Source: Octopus vulgaris (lineage: Eukaryota). Taken from it: a stretch of DNA of 64,000 nucleotides. Positions 1 to 13,758 of the stretch are shown here, piece after piece. The position numbers were made by a program, and so were the translations under genes. The notes beneath the pieces were generated by a model. That model was not told the DNA's origin and did not search any database. It saw only the letters and a program-made list of their open reading frames with translations. The stretch is from contig OX597825.1 in NCBI GenBank assembly GCA_951406725.2, positions 9,858,001 to 9,922,000 on the forward strand. The letters are read 5' to 3'. Position 1 is the first letter of the stretch. Each line of letters opens with the position of its first letter.

Positions 1-268
1 AAATCTAACAAAGAACTTAGTAAAATAACTTAGTTATCATTCAGCTAGTGCTAGGAACATAAATTGTGACTAAAGTTTGGTGGAAGATTTTAATTCAAAA
101 CTTTTGAAAGCAAGACATTTGTACTACAGAACCAGCGGTGGTTTCAGCTGGGTTGGTATCGAAAGGGTTAAACACACCTCTACATTTGGGCTGATGCACA
201 TTAGAAGCAGTTGGAAGGGTGCAGATTGAAGGAAATTTAGGCTATTATTTCTGTTGATTATTTTTCTT

Positions 269-496
269 CTTAACTCTTTCATTACTGTATTTATTTTGAG
301 ATGCTCTGTGTTTCTTTCAATTAATTTTAAATGATAAAGAATTTAGTAAAATAACTTAGTTATCATTCAGCTAGTGTTAGGAACATAAATTGTGACTAAA
401 GTTTGGTGGAAGATTTTAATTAAGAACTTTTGAAAATAAGACATTTGTATTACAGAGCCGGAGCCGGTTTGAGCCGGGTTGGTAATGAAAGGGTTA
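269..496. mobile_element. piggyBac-like MITE (~228 bp); partial copy also at 1-171
   Basis: Family ends TTAA-CCCTTTC...GAAAGGG-TTAA; many copies in window. Confidence 0.8.
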
Positions 497-959
497 ACCT
501 CTTACTAATACTGATTAACAGTGAGCTCACAAAAACTTATACAAATTTTCTTTTCTTTCACACCTGTAGGTCTTAAACTAGATATCAGTACACCTTCAGA
601 GATATTGTAAGCACCTGAGGAGGGCTCTATGTGGTGTGGCTGTGTGGTAAGAAGCTTGCTTCCCAAACACGATTCCACATTTAGTTCCACTGCATGGCAC
701 CATGGGCAAGTGTCTTCAACTATAACCCAAGGTCAACCAAAGCTTTGTAAGTGGTTATGGAAGATTAAAACTGAAAGAAGCATGTCATATATATACACGT
801 ATATATATTTCAATACGGAGCAAATAATTCACAAGAAAAAATAATTCACAAAAATTAATTTGCAAAGATATCATTAACTCTGTTATTATCTAATGTAACA
901 ATTTTAAAAATGATACTAACAGAATCAATAATATAGAAGCTCCTATACGAACAGAAGCT

Positions 960-1634
960 CCTATACGAACAGATGGTGAACACACAGAACAACCATTGGC
1001 TTGCAGTGTCCCCAAATACATCTACTGAGAGTGATAAAAATCGAACATCCACTCAGCATTATGGTGTTTGGAGTGATCGCTAATGATGGCGACGTTATGC
1101 TTTCGTTCATCTTCTCACACAGCCCCAAAACTCAACTCGGAGGCCTACAGCAAGTGCCTGGAGAAGGTAGTGTTGCCCTGAGTCAAGAGGGTGGTTGTTG
1201 GAAGACCCTATACCTGGCAGCAGGATTCTGCACCATGCCACACAAGCAAGAGAACCCAGTCATGGCTGTCAGACAATCTCTGCAACCACATCACCCCTAA
1301 CATCTGGTCACCTAACTCCCCTGACTGCAAGCAACTTTATTATGTGTAGGACGCAGTTGAGCGAGAAACCAACAAATCTCTTTGTAACAAAACAGTAAAG
1401 ATGAACTGAAGGCAAGGATTATGGCAGCATTCACCAACTTAAACAAGGAGACCATCCAGAAGAGTTGCAGGAGATTCTGAAGTCGTGTGGAGGTCACGGT
1501 TGAAGTCAATGGCGATTTTATTGAATAAATTTACTCTTTAGTATTTCAAGATATTCTTATGTAATTTTGGTAAATATTTCTGTTAAAATGAGATGTCAGT
1601 GTAATTCTAATGTTTGCATAATTTAGCCGACAAT
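960..1634 (+). pseudogene. Truncated Tc1/mariner transposase, probably DD37D (maT)-like, plus 3' end
   Basis: IMVFGVIANDGDVM, WQQDSAPCHTS, WSPNSPDC..LYYV* motifs; third catalytic Asp missing; stops and frameshifts. Confidence 0.8.
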
Positions 1635-1692
1635 ATATATATATGTCTAAGTGTGTGTGTGTATATATAATGCCTATGTAAGTGTGTGTGCA

Positions 1693-1795
<103 letters not shown>

Positions 1796-1796
1796 G

Positions 1797-1851
<55 letters not shown>

Positions 1852-2353
1852 CACAGGTAAAGATCAACATATTGAGACTTGTCTTTATCTATCTGAATCG
1901 GTACAAGTGCATGATTTTCTATACATACTCATTCTAAGTGTATGTGTGTATGTATGTGCGTGTATACGTGTGTATGTATGTGCGTGTATGTATATGCATA
2001 TGTGTGTGTGTGTGTATCTAAGTATGCATGTATGAGTATATGTGTTTGGTATGTGCGTGTGTGTGTATGTGAGTGCGTAACTCTCTTTCATTCCTATTAT
2101 AGTGATATATTTGATTTGCTCTTTCTGCTTTCACCCAAACCTGTCTACACTAATCCTGATCACTAAACTAAATATAAACACTGCATCTAAATTGTGAAAT
2201 TCACAAGATTTAATTTCTCTGTCTGAAGAATTTCTAATACAAAATTCCTTACACATCTATCTAGCACGTAAAATCTTGTAATTCCTATTAGCAAATGGAA
2301 CATGTGTAATGGTGAATATATAATTCCAATAAACTTTCAAACTTCCTGTTTTG

Positions 2354-2392
<39 letters not shown>

Positions 2393-2851
2393 GGTGAATA
2401 AATAATTCCAATAATTCCTGTTTTATAAAATTCATATCATTTAATTTTTTCCGTCAGAAGAATTTCTAATACAAAATTCCTTACATATCTATCTACTATG
2501 TAAAATCCTGTAGTTCCTATTAGCAAATGGAACATGTGTAATGGTGAATAAATAATTCCAATAAATGTTCAAACTTCCTGTTTTGTTGTGCATGTGTGTG
2601 TGTGTGTGTTTTGAGTTTGTCTGCCACCACCACTTGACAACTGGTGTTGGTTTGTTTACAGCCCCGTAACTTAGCAGTTTGGCAAAAGAGACCAAGAGAA
2701 TAAGTACTGGACTTAAAATCAAAAATTAGCACTGAAGTTGATTCATTTGACTTGGAATTCTTCAAAGCGGTGCCCTAGTATGGCTGCAGTCTAATGACTT
2801 GCAACTTATTTTGATTAACCAATTTCCAAAATGTCCCAAGAATTTCCATAC

Positions 2852-3003
2852 CCATTTGAAGTCACAGAATATTTCCTCCGGTAGCTACTTCTTGGTCTGG
2901 GAGCAGGACTTGGAGACTGGCCATTTGAACCATTGCTGTACTCCAAATCGAGATGTATGATTTCTTCATTACCACAGAAGCACCACCCATTGTGAACAGC
3001 AAG
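2852..3003 (-). CDS. NPHP4: NPHP4 coding exon 7 (152 nt); gene continues beyond window start
   Basis: ttttttatAG acceptor, GG|GTATGG donor; LAVHNGWCFCGNEEIIHL continues the conserved RRLxxxVHNG motif in phase. Confidence 0.9.
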
Positions 3004-3127
3004 CTATAAAAAAAGGAAATTTTTAAAATACATTTGTAGAAAATACATTAGTCAAAACCACCAAAAATACTGCCAAAATTATATCTTATAAAATGGAAGC
3101 TAGGCACGTCAATTAAAATGTACAGTT

Positions 3128-3842
3128 CAACCTTTTCATTACCATATTTCTGTTGAAATGCTGTCTGTTTCTTTCAATTAATTGTAAATATAACAAAGAA
3201 TTTAGTAAAATAACTTAGTTATCATTAAGCTAGTGTCAGGAACATAAATTGTGACTAAGGTTTGGTGGAAGATTTTTAATTCAAAACTTATGAAAACAAG
3301 ACATTTGTATTACAGTGTCAGACCTGGTTTTGGCCAGGTTAGTATTGAAAGTGTTAAATTAATCATTTGTTAACCCTTTTGTTACCATATTTCTGTTGAG
3401 ATGCTCTGTCTGTTTCTTTCTATTACTTTAAATATAACAAAGAATGTAGTAAAATAACATAGTTATAATTAAGATGGTTTTAGGAACATAAATTGTAGCT
3501 AAGGTTTGGTGGAAGATTTTAATTCAGAACTTATGAAAACAAGACATTTGTATTACAAAGCCAGAGCCTGTTTCAGCCAGGTTAGTATTGAAAGGGTTAA
3601 ATTAATCATTTGCTAACCCATTTGTTACCATATTTCTGTTGAGATACTGTCTGTCTCTTTCAATTACTTTAAATATAACAAAAAATTTAAGAAAATAACT
3701 TAGTTATCATTAAGCTAGCGTCAGGAACATAAATTGTGACTAAGATTTAGTGGAAGATTTTTAATTCAAAACTTATGAAAACAAGACATTTATACTACAG
3801 AGCCAGAGGTGGTTACAGCCAGGTTAGTATTGAAAGGGTTAA
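3128..3842. mobile_element. Three tandem copies of the piggyBac-like MITE
   Basis: ~240-bp unit repeated three times, joined by the same ATTAATCATTT spacer. Confidence 0.85.
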
Positions 3843-4554
3843 TGTGGTGAGCTGAAAGAACCATTAGCATGCTAGGTAAAATTCTTAATGGCATTTTGGT
3901 TCTCTGTACATTCATAGTTCAAATTCTGCCACGGTTGACTTTGTCTTTCATCCTTTTAATAAATATACAATAGCTTTCCCATCCATAACAGAGGATTCCA
4001 AGGTTGGCTATCTATGAGGACTTTTGTTTATCGATGGCCTAGTTCCCAAGGGTGTTGGTCACCTGTTACTGCCTCCATGAGGCCCAATGCTCAAACGGTG
4101 CTTTTTACGTGCCACCGGCACGGGTGCCAGTCAGACAGCGCTGGCATCGGTCATGACTATGATTTAATTTTATTCTTATAACTAAATCCACTCCGTTTCT
4201 TACAAAAAACTTATTTTGCTCAAACAATGACTGTCTGAAAATTTTGCCATCCAATCATCTTGGTTCACAAACAAGGGCATAAAAGTCATCAAACACAAAA
4301 ACTCTGACTGCTGAACCAATCCAATGATGCAATTCTATCCAACTGAAAACTCTTTCTAAAACCTTTAAGCGCTTCACTCCCAGCATAATTCTGATCACCA
4401 TAAAACTCTACAAACTCTCCCTCTCTCTCTCTCTCTCTGGGACTCTCTCTGGAACTGTCTCAGTGGACCTTCTTTTCATCTTCTCAATGATGACCAAACA
4501 GTTACTAAAGAGTCAGGTCTAGGGGAGAATTGCTACTCTACCTCATGTACAATA

Positions 4555-5137
4555 TTCTTTTCTACTTTAGGCACAAGGCCCGAAATTTTGGGGGAGGGGA
4601 CCAGTCGATTAGCTCCACTCTTGTAGGCAACTGGCACTTAATATATTGACCCCAAAAGGATGCAAAGCAAAGTCAACCTTGATGGAATTTGAACTCAGAA
4701 CATAAAGACAGATGAAATATCTATTTCTTTACTACCCACAAGGGGCTAAACACAGAGAGGACAAACCAGGACAGACAAACGGATTAAGTCGATTATGTCG
4801 ACCCCAGTGCATAACTGGTACTTATCTAATTGACTCCAAAAGGATGAAAGGCAAAGTTGACCTTGGCGGAATTTGAACTCAGAATGTAGCGGCAGACGAA
4901 ATACCTATTTCTTTACTACCCACAAGGAGCTAAACACAGAGGGGACAAACAATGACAGACAAACGGATTAAGTCGATTACATAAACCCCAGTGCATAACT
5001 GGTACTTATTTAATCGACCCCGAAAGGATGAAAAGCAAAGTCGACCTCAGCGGAATTTGAACTCAGAACGTAGCAGCAGATGAAATACCGCTGAGCATTT
5101 TGCCCGGCGTGCTAACGTTTCTGCCAGCTCGCCGCCT
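4555..5137 (-). mobile_element. SINE family S2 (tRNA-like head, Nin/Deu-like core), trimeric form
   Basis: Head GGCGGCGAGCTGGCAGAAACGTTAGC, then three GTCGACTTTGCCTTTCATCCTTT cores. Confidence 0.82.
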
Positions 5138-6014
5138 TAATCTGAATATGTGAATATGTGAAATGATATGATAAGATTAGCTAATAAGCCCACTGGTAAA
5201 ACAACAAAAAAAAAAAAACAATGTGGCCACAAACAGGTTAGAAGAATGGTTTAAATATGTTTAATATTAGGATAAAAAGACCTTCAAAATAAACCACTCT
5301 GTAAGGGACAACTAGATTATTGAGACGAATATAAAATACTTCCTGCAAGCGGTAAACAAAATTAGTATAAAATACGTTAGGATAGTAGATGACTAGTTGT
5401 AAGTCATTTCTAAATATAATCTCCTTTCTATACAACTGTATAAAAGAAAGGAAATAACACAAAGACCAACATGAACGACGACAACAACAAGAACAACAAC
5501 AGACTGATCAAATGGTAGCGAATGCAGTGACTTCTATTGAAGATAGATAATATTTGCTTGAGATACGAAGCTGCATCAGTGAGTCTGAAGATATCAATAC
5601 TTTATTGATTGGGTCATGTGTTCAATAAAGAAAAAAAAAAGGAAAAAAATAAAAAGAAAAAAAAAAGAAAAAGAAAAAAATTGTCAAAAAGCAAACATTC
5701 AACCAAGACAAATACAAAAAAAAAAAAAAGCAAAACAAAACAAAAGAACAGTGTAAGATGTCGTAATGACTATTGGAGTTTTCGGAGATCAATAATAAAT
5801 GGTTGATGGGTTTTCTGGTGGAAAGAGAAATATACAAACGAAGGAAGGAAGAGGGAAAGGAAGAAACGAGGAGAAGTAATTATCGTCAACAAATTGTCGT
5901 TGTCAATCCCAAAGTAGGCAAGGTATGAAATGGTTGTGCCAGGAGATTGGTACGGCCCCCATGACCATCACTTATCGTATCTAAAAGACAACCAATGACA
6001 AATCGGTAACTGCT

Positions 6015-6900
6015 ATGACAACAACAACGACAGCAACAATAACAACAACAACAACAATCAGATCACAACAGCATCACTTCAACGAGCAGTACTACACCTT
6101 GACAGCTGTAGTAACTGGACAACTACCTTGTCTTGACAACCACAAACACAACCACCACTACCATCACCACAACAACAATAATTATTGTCAATGTAACAAC
6201 CACCACTACCACCACCAGAACAACAACCACCATTACAGCAAACACTACCACCACCACAACAACCACCTCAACCACCACCACCACAACCACCACCACAGCA
6301 ACAACTACCACAACCACCACAACCACAACCATCACAATCATCACCACCACAACCACCACCACTACCACAATAACCACCACAACCACCTCAACCACCACCA
6401 CCACCACAACCACTACAACAACCACCACCACAACCACCACAACCACCTCAACCACCACCACCACCACCACCACCACCACCACCACAACCACAACCACCGC
6501 CACCACCACAACCACCACCACCACCACCTCCTCCACCACCACCACCACAACCAACACCACCACCCACCACCTCAACCACCACCACCACCACAACCTCCAC
6601 AACCACAACCACCGCCACCACCACCACAAACATCACCACTACCACAATGACCCCAATCATCATCATCATCACCTCAACCACAACCACCACCACCACCACA
6701 ACCACCACTACCATCACAACCATAACAACCACCACTACTACCACAACAACCACAACCATCACCACAATCACTTACAATAACCCCACCACCACAACCAGCC
6801 CACACACTTCAGCAATCATCACTCCACCACAATAATCATGACAACTACAACAACCGCCACCACCACCACCACCACTCCACTCCAACCCACACTACACCCC
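6015..6900. repeat. (CAC/AAC)n low-complexity tract
   Basis: Degenerate trinucleotide repeat. Confidence 0.95.
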
Positions 6901-6944
6901 CGCACTCAACACAGCCTCTCAGCTTGTCAACGCCATATTCCTAC

Positions 6945-7153
6945 TTTGAGTCTTCGTTCTGTGATTGAAACCAGTTCATTAACTGAGATGTTGGTAAGAC
7001 TATCGGCATCCGAGATGTTGTTGAGATAATCTTCGCTGAGACGTTGGCAGAGTTCTTCTTCAAACCGATCGATATTTGGCGGCAGCGACACTAGAATATT
7101 ATTCAGTTGGCACATAAAGACTGGAGATAACTTTGGTTTATGGAACGGATCAA
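6945..7153 (-). CDS. NPHP4: NPHP4 coding exon 6 (209 nt)
   Basis: ttctaactAG acceptor, AAA|GTAGGA donor; DPFHKPKL...LPPNIDRFEEELCQRLSED...ITERRLK matches KPRL...EKFEEEL...LERRLR. Confidence 0.9.
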
Positions 7154-7407
7154 CTAGTTAGAAAGTAAAGAAGAAAAACGAAAAAAAACAAAGAGGAATA
7201 ATATTAAGTAGAATAAAAATTTATTTAAGAAATCACATACATTTTTTTTTATTGTTTTACCTCAAATTTCCCCTTCCCCCTTCTCACCCAATGCAAATGC
7301 GAATAATACATTTTGCAACAGGTCCAACAACCACCACTGCAACTACAGCCACCACCGCAACTTCAAACACCACAACTACATCCACCAACACTGTACTTCA
7401 AAAACCA

Positions 7408-7805
7408 CGCAGGAGTGGCTGTGTGGTAAGTAGCTTGCTAATCAACCACATGGTTCCGGGTTCAGTCCCATTTCGTGGCATCTTGGGCAAATGTCTTCTG
7501 CTATAGACCCGGGCCGACCAATGCCTTGTGAGTGGATTTGGTAGACTGAAACTGAAAGAAGCCTGTCGTATATATGTATATATATATATATGTGTGTGTA
7601 TATGTTTGTGTGTCTGTGTTTGTCCCCTTAGCATTGCTTGACAACCGATGCTGGTGTGTTTACGTCCCCGTTACTTAGCGGTTCGGCAAAAGAGACCGAT
7701 AGAATAAGTACTGGGCTTACAAAGAATAAGTCCCGGGGTCGATTTGCTCGACTAAAGGCGGTGCTCCAGCATGACCGCAGTCAAATGACTGAAACAAGTA
7801 AAAGA
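7408..7805 (+). mobile_element. tRNA-derived SINE family S1 (~400 bp, internal TA/TG microsatellite)
   Basis: A-box TGGCTGTGTGG and B-box-like GGTTCAGTCC head; near-identical copies across the window. Confidence 0.85.
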
Positions 7806-8269
7806 AAAAGAGAGTCCAATAGCCTTCACACTGCCACAATAAATCACAACAACAACATCAGCCACCAAATAACACAACATCACGTGCTGTATAGTGAATG
7901 CTTTAATTATTCTCACATACTTATTGTCAGTTCTTTCTCCCCTAAATAATTAAACCAACACAGTTATATCTACATGATACTGGTTACATCAATACTGCAT
8001 GAGACACAAACAGGTTAACATTGTAATCCTTCCATTACCAGTCTCCTGAGGGACATCAATATGAAATATTATTTTAGCGCAAAAGAACAAGACTAAATAT
8101 TTTTCTCCTTTAATAATTAATTTTCTTCTATTTATGATTAATTCATTTGCTCAATAATGTTAACTATTTGCCTTTTGTTTCCCATTTGCATATTGTTGTA
8201 TCAATTGACAAGGAGTGGTTTGAAAGACATTTAGTTTCAATTGTTAGGAAGTACAACAAAGATGATGAG

Positions 8270-8775
8270 GTTCTTAGCTCCCTAATCCTAACTACTTTTC
8301 TTAGCACCTTAATGCCAACTACTTTTCTTAGCTCCTTAATCCCAACTACATTTCTTAGCCCCTTAATCCTACTTTCCTTAGCTCCTTAATCCCAACTACT
8401 TCTCTTAGCTCTTTAATCCTAACTACTTTTCTTAGCTCCTTAATCTCAACTACTTTCCTTGGCTCCTTAATTTTAACTAGTTTTCTTAGCTCCTTAATCG
8501 AAACTACATTTCTTAACTCCTTAATCCTACTTTTCTTAGCTCCTTAATCCCAACTACTTTTCTTAGCTCCTTAATCCTAACTACTTTCCTTAGCTCCTTA
8601 ATCCTAACCAGTTTTTTTTAGCTCCTTAATCCTAACTAGTTTTCTTAGATTCTTAATCCTCATTACTTTTCTTAGCTCTTTAATCCTAACTTGTTTTCTT
8701 AGCTCCTTAATCCTAACTGCTTTTCTTCGCTCCTTAATCCCAACTACTTTTCTTAGCTCCTTAATCCTAACTACT
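8270..8775. repeat. 27-bp minisatellite, ~19 copies
   Basis: Unit TTAGCTCCTTAATCCTAACTACTTTTC. Confidence 0.92.
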
Positions 8776-9633
8776 AAACAAGGTGGTGGACTTTGTTGTC
8801 ACCCACACAAAAGACATCCAGGTAGTATTCTTCATTCATGAACTGACCCTGTTGAATAAACTCAGTTTTGAACAACTTTCTCCCAATTCAAAAAGACAAT
8901 TTAACACCATCTTTACACTTGAGTGACACCTGTGTATTTTATCTTTTGTGGCAATGATGATCCAGCTCACTGCAAAGCTGCCCTTTTTACTTTTAATATC
9001 AAAGTTATAACCTGTACTTTGTCACGGATTATGATACTTCTTATCAAACAGATCCTGGCTGACTATGTTCATCTATTACGGAGACTCCCTTCGGTCACAA
9101 ATGACCATGGGATTGCACCTAGAAAGTTACCCTGCAAGCCACAAGTCCGGGCAAGGTTGTTTATGGATAACCAGCAGTTGTCCATGCATACCAGCTTCCC
9201 CTCTCCATACCACCGATGTTATCCAAGGGTAAAGCAAAGGCCAATACAGCTTGGCATCATTGACATCGCAACTCATTTCTACAGCTGAGTGAACTGGAAC
9301 AATGTGAAATAAAGAATACAACACACAGCCCAGAATACAAGAATACAACACACGGCCCAGTCCAGGATTCAAACTCACAACCTCACAGTTGTAAGCTCAA
9401 CGCTCTAACCACTAAGTGTCAAGCGATGTTAGAGGGGCAAGCACAGACACACAAACATATACACACACATACATATATATAGATAGATATATATGATGGG
9501 CTTCTTTCAATTTCCGTCTACCAAATCCACTCACAAGGCTTTGGTCGGCCCAAGGCTAGGTGCCACACAGTGGGAATGAACCCGGAACCATGTGGTTGGC
9601 AAGCAAGCTACTTACCACACAGCCACTCCTGCA

Positions 9634-9667
<34 letters not shown>

Positions 9668-9737
9668 AGAATTTTTTGCGTAATAAGATAAAAAAAAACC
9701 AAGGCTGTATAGATATTAGAGTATTCACAGATAGAAG

Positions 9738-9789
9738 GTCTTACAGCTGTTTATAGGATATCAATTAATAATATCCTTTCATCGGAGAC
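9738..9789 (-). ncRNA. Degenerate type I hammerhead ribozyme
   Basis: GUCU-CCGAUGA-A-AGGAUAU-(9 nt)-AUAUCCU-A-UAAAC-AGCU-GUA-AGAC; all three stems present but U4>C and G12>U in the core. Confidence 0.6.
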
Positions 9790-10107
9790 GGTGTGAGAGG
9801 AAAAAATTAAGTCATAATTAGTTATATATATATATTTATAAACCAATGACTAACTGATGTGACGTAATGTGGTTAACGTTAGACAGGTCAAGATCACTCA
9901 AACAAACGCATCACTGCAATTGTAGGCAATGCGGCATCAGCTGGTTGATGCACAGATTTACAAATCTGTTTTTTGTTTGTTTGTTTATTTTTGTGGTTGT
10001 TTTTGTTTTGTTTTGTTTTTTGACAGGGAGAAGATAAAAACAAAAAAAAACAGAGGGAGAGAATAAAAAAGAAAGAACAAAAGTATCCTCGGAAAAGAGA
10101 TACTAAC

Positions 10108-10260
10108 TTGTTTTACCGACATGCTGCAACCCTGGGATCTTGTCTGTTCGTCCAAAGAATACATTCTCGGGTAACAAGTGAACAATTTTGAATAAAGCTT
10201 GATGGATGCTTATCGAACAAGTCAAGTAGCGCCCATTAATTGATTTTAAGTGTTCACAAT
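10108..10260 (-). CDS. NPHP4: NPHP4 coding exon 5 (153 nt)
   Basis: atttcAG acceptor, A|GTTAGT donor; ...IHQALFKIVHLLPENVFFGRTDKIPGL matches HPALEPAFHLLPEN...IPGL. Confidence 0.92.
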
Positions 10261-10837
10261 CTGAAATATAAAGAGTGACAAAAGAACACAATAATGATTT
10301 ACATGAATACAAAAACACAAATTTACATGGGTGAGGCAGAGCTGGATTGAATCAACCACAGTGTATTACTGACATTTATTTTGTTAATCTAAGAAAGTGG
10401 CAATAAAATAAGACAAAAATAATCCCAGCATGAGTTAAACAGACTAGAGAAAAGAAATCCCGCTCAGTAATGGTTCACGATGCTGCAATTTATGTTTAAC
10501 TGAAAAATGTCATATACAACAACAAACTGATAATGAACAAAAGCTAAAACTACAACCACCTCTGCTTGTGGACACAGAATTAAATTCCCCTGACATGTTT
10601 TTAACTTGTCTTTTGCTTCAACTACTCTGAAAGTATGCTGAAGTTCAATGAGTTTAAACTTCTGGCTACTAATGTAAAACAATACTATAGAAATAACTCG
10701 ATATATATTTTATGCTCTGTGAGACTCTCCCTGAGGGCATTTTCAGCACTTTGGTGCTTTACACAAAACAGTGTTTAACCATGCTGTTTACATAGAATAT
10801 ATTAGCAATTTTTCACTATTCATTTATCTATTATACA

Positions 10838-10884
<47 letters not shown>

Positions 10885-11864
10885 CATTATTATTATTATT
10901 ATTATTATTACTAGCAATCTGAATATAAAATCTTGAAGTTTCCAGTGTTTCATTGATTGAAAACTACATTAAAACTTTTAGATTGTTCAGCAAATAAACA
11001 GTTGAATATTTCCAACTTGCACATCTATTACGAACCTCTAAGCTGCTAAAACTCTCCAGTCACCAAGAAAATATATGGCTTCTCAACTGCAGTAATGGAA
11101 GCCAAATAAAAGAACTCCTGGATTCTCTGAACAATCCATTTGTTGCAGTTTATACAAGATGACAGTCTGTTCTGGGTTATGCCAGTAAGACTAACACTCT
11201 CGGTTCAATCACATCATCATCATCGTTTAACGTCCGTTCTCCATGCTAGCATGGGTTGGACGGTTCGACCGGGGATCTGGGAAGCCAGAAAGGCTGCACC
11301 AGGCTTCAGTCTGATCTGGCAGTGTTTCTACAGCTGGATGCCCTTCCTAACGCCAACCACTCCGTGAGTGTAGTGGGTGCTTTTTACGTGCCACCAGCAC
11401 AGGTGCCAGGCGAGGCTGGCATCGGCCACGATCAGATTGGTGGATGAAGTAAAAAAAAAAAAAAAATGTACAATACAACTTTGTAGAAATATCAGCTAAC
11501 AAGAATACACATGGTTATTGGAAAATCATTGTGGAAATCTCTAGGTGTCTGCTTGACCTGCTAGAAAATAATTTGTAGCCAGTTTATGAAGGACTATAGT
11601 AAGTAGTGAGATGAAGAATAACATTGTCAGGATGGGGGAGAAAAACTGCAATGGGTGGCTAGAAAACAACCATTGGGTGGGGGCTGAGACTAAGTACCAC
11701 AGTAAATGGTGGGATATTGAGAATTACCAAATCTATGCCAGCATCAATGAAACACAAAAGGTACAGCCATAAAGTATGGCCAAAAAATATACAATTTAGG
11801 TTTGTGTCAGTTTAACAGTGAGACAAGAATAGGAAAAGTTCATAACAAAATGCAAGCCATCATA

Positions 11865-12693
11865 TTTATTTCTTTATTGCCCACAGGGGGTGGCTAAACA
11901 TAGAGGGAATAAACAAGGACAAACAAAGGGATTAAGTTGATGATATCGACCCCAGTGCGTAACTGGTACTTATTTAATCAAACTTAAAAGGATGAAAGGC
12001 AAAGTCCACCTCGGCAGAATTTGAACTCAGAACATAACAGCAGACGAAATACCTATTTCTTTACTACCCACAAGGGGCTAAACACAGAAGGGACAAACAA
12101 GGACAGACAAACGGATTAAGTTGATTACATCGACCCCAGTGCGTAACTGGTACTTAATTTATTGACCCCGAAAGGATGAAAGGCAAAGTCGACCTCGGAA
12201 TTTGAACTCAGAATGTAACAGCAGACGAAATACCGCTAAGCATTTCACCTGGCGTGCAAACGATTCTGCCACTCGCCACCCTAATGCAAGCCATGATATT
12301 CTTTTCTACTTTTGGCACAATGCCTGAAATTTTGGGGGAGGGGCCAGCCAATCCAACTGACCCCAGTAGGCAACTAGTACTTAATTTATTGACCCCCAAA
12401 AGGATGAAGGGCAAAGTCGACCTCAGTGAAATTTGAACTCAGAACATAACAGCAGACAAAATACCTATTTCTTTACTGCCCACAAGGGGCTAAACATACA
12501 AGGGACAAACAAGGGCAGACAAACTGATTAAGTCAATTATATCGACCCCAGTGCGTAACTGGTACTTATTTAATTGACCCCGAAAGGATGAAAGGCAAAG
12601 TCGACCTCGGTGGAATTTGAACTCAGAACATAACAGCAGATGAAATACCACTAAGCATTTCACCCGGCGTGCTAACGATTCTGCCAGCTCGCC
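11865..12693 (-). mobile_element. Two dimeric SINE S2 copies
   Basis: 11865-12280 and 12297-12693, each with one head and two cores. Confidence 0.82.
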
Positions 12694-12818
12694 ATCCAAA
12701 TACAAGCCATTATATTAAACATCCACAAACCCTGGAAAAAGCCCTTGATCAGGTACTACACTCTGTGTATACATTCGCACACACTCACACACACACAAAT
12801 AGGTAGAAAATAACTTAC

Positions 12819-12877
12819 GTTCAATTGGCTCATCTATAAGAAGGAGCGCCCTGGGTGTACCTTTGTACAGCTGCACT
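12819..12877 (-). CDS. NPHP4: NPHP4 coding exon 4 (59 nt)
   Basis: ttcttgcAG acceptor, C|GTAAGT donor; VQLYKGTPRALLLIDEPIE contains the NPHP4 LYxGTPRALL motif; phases 2/1 fit both neighbours. Confidence 0.93.
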
Positions 12878-13111
12878 CTGCAAGAAATGAATACATCAGT
12901 GTCATTACCAGACCAGATTCTACTGCTATATATCTGGAATCCATTGCTTTATTCTACTTGTAGTTGATATCAATAGTTTAAACAAAAGATACAGCTTCAA
13001 AGGCACACAGGCTTCTGCTGCGTTTCACAGAAACAAAATTTCATCTTTACATGCGTCTATATGTGCATGTAACTGTGTACATGTATTTGTGTGTGCAAGT
13101 GTGTGTGTATA

Positions 13112-13489
13112 TCTTTATATATAAAAGTGAAGTTGTGTGTCTGTCTCCTACGATTTAGATTCCTAACAACTCCCACATTTTGCGGTGCAGTTTAACCAGT
13201 CGTGATTCATATCGAGCCCTTCTGGGTATTAGCGTATGTCTACAATGAGTCTACGATTTAAAAAAAAAATTTACCATCAATTTTTCCCATTTTTTAATGC
13301 ATTTTTGGCATATATAAGGGAAGTAACTCTCTAAAAATTTATTCTCAGAACGTAAAAAGCTACAGTAACACTCCCCCCCCCACCTTTGTGGTTAGCCATA
13401 TTGAGATGGCTATTATACTTTACATCTCTAAAAATGCTTATATAGTTATTTCCTTTACAAACCCGAGCAACACCGGGCGATACTGCTAG
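13112..13489 (+). mobile_element. Non-autonomous Helitron
   Basis: 5' TC, 3' CTAG with subterminal hairpin CCCGAGCAACACCGGG, inserted between A and T; second copy at 23105. Confidence 0.85.
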
Positions 13490-13579
13490 TATTTATATAA
13501 AAATAATAATAATAATGATAATAATAACAACATCCAAAAACACCTTAGGAATGAGAACCCAGGTTCGAAATTTCCCCGA

Positions 13580-13625
13580 GACACCTGATGAAGGCTGGAG
13601 GGTATATCAGCTGAAACGTTGTGTT
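13580..13625 (+). ncRNA. Minimal type I hammerhead ribozyme
   Basis: GACAC-CUGAUGA-A-GGCUG-(10 nt)-CAGCU-GAAAC-GUU-GUGUU; stem III reduced to palindrome AACGUU. Confidence 0.7.
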
Positions 13626-13656
13626 AACAACAAATAAGATGAGGACATATATGTCA

Positions 13657-13758
13657 AATGTAAATAATGTAAATAATGTAAATAATGTAAATAATGTAAA
13701 TAATGTAAATAATGTAAATAATGTAAATAATGTAAATAATGTAAATAATGTAGATAAT
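13657..13758. repeat. 9-bp tandem repeat (AATGTAAAT)n
   Basis: About 11 copies, directly downstream of the 13580 hammerhead. Confidence 0.9.

Noticed and set aside
6015-6835. Long poly-His/Thr/Val ORFs
   Set aside because: Products of a (CAC/AAC)n tract inside an NPHP4 intron; open in several frames; no splice or homology support
8270-8775. 27-bp tandem array resembling CRISPR or telomeric repeats
   Set aside because: No unique spacers, eukaryotic intron; TTAGG-like words are incidental
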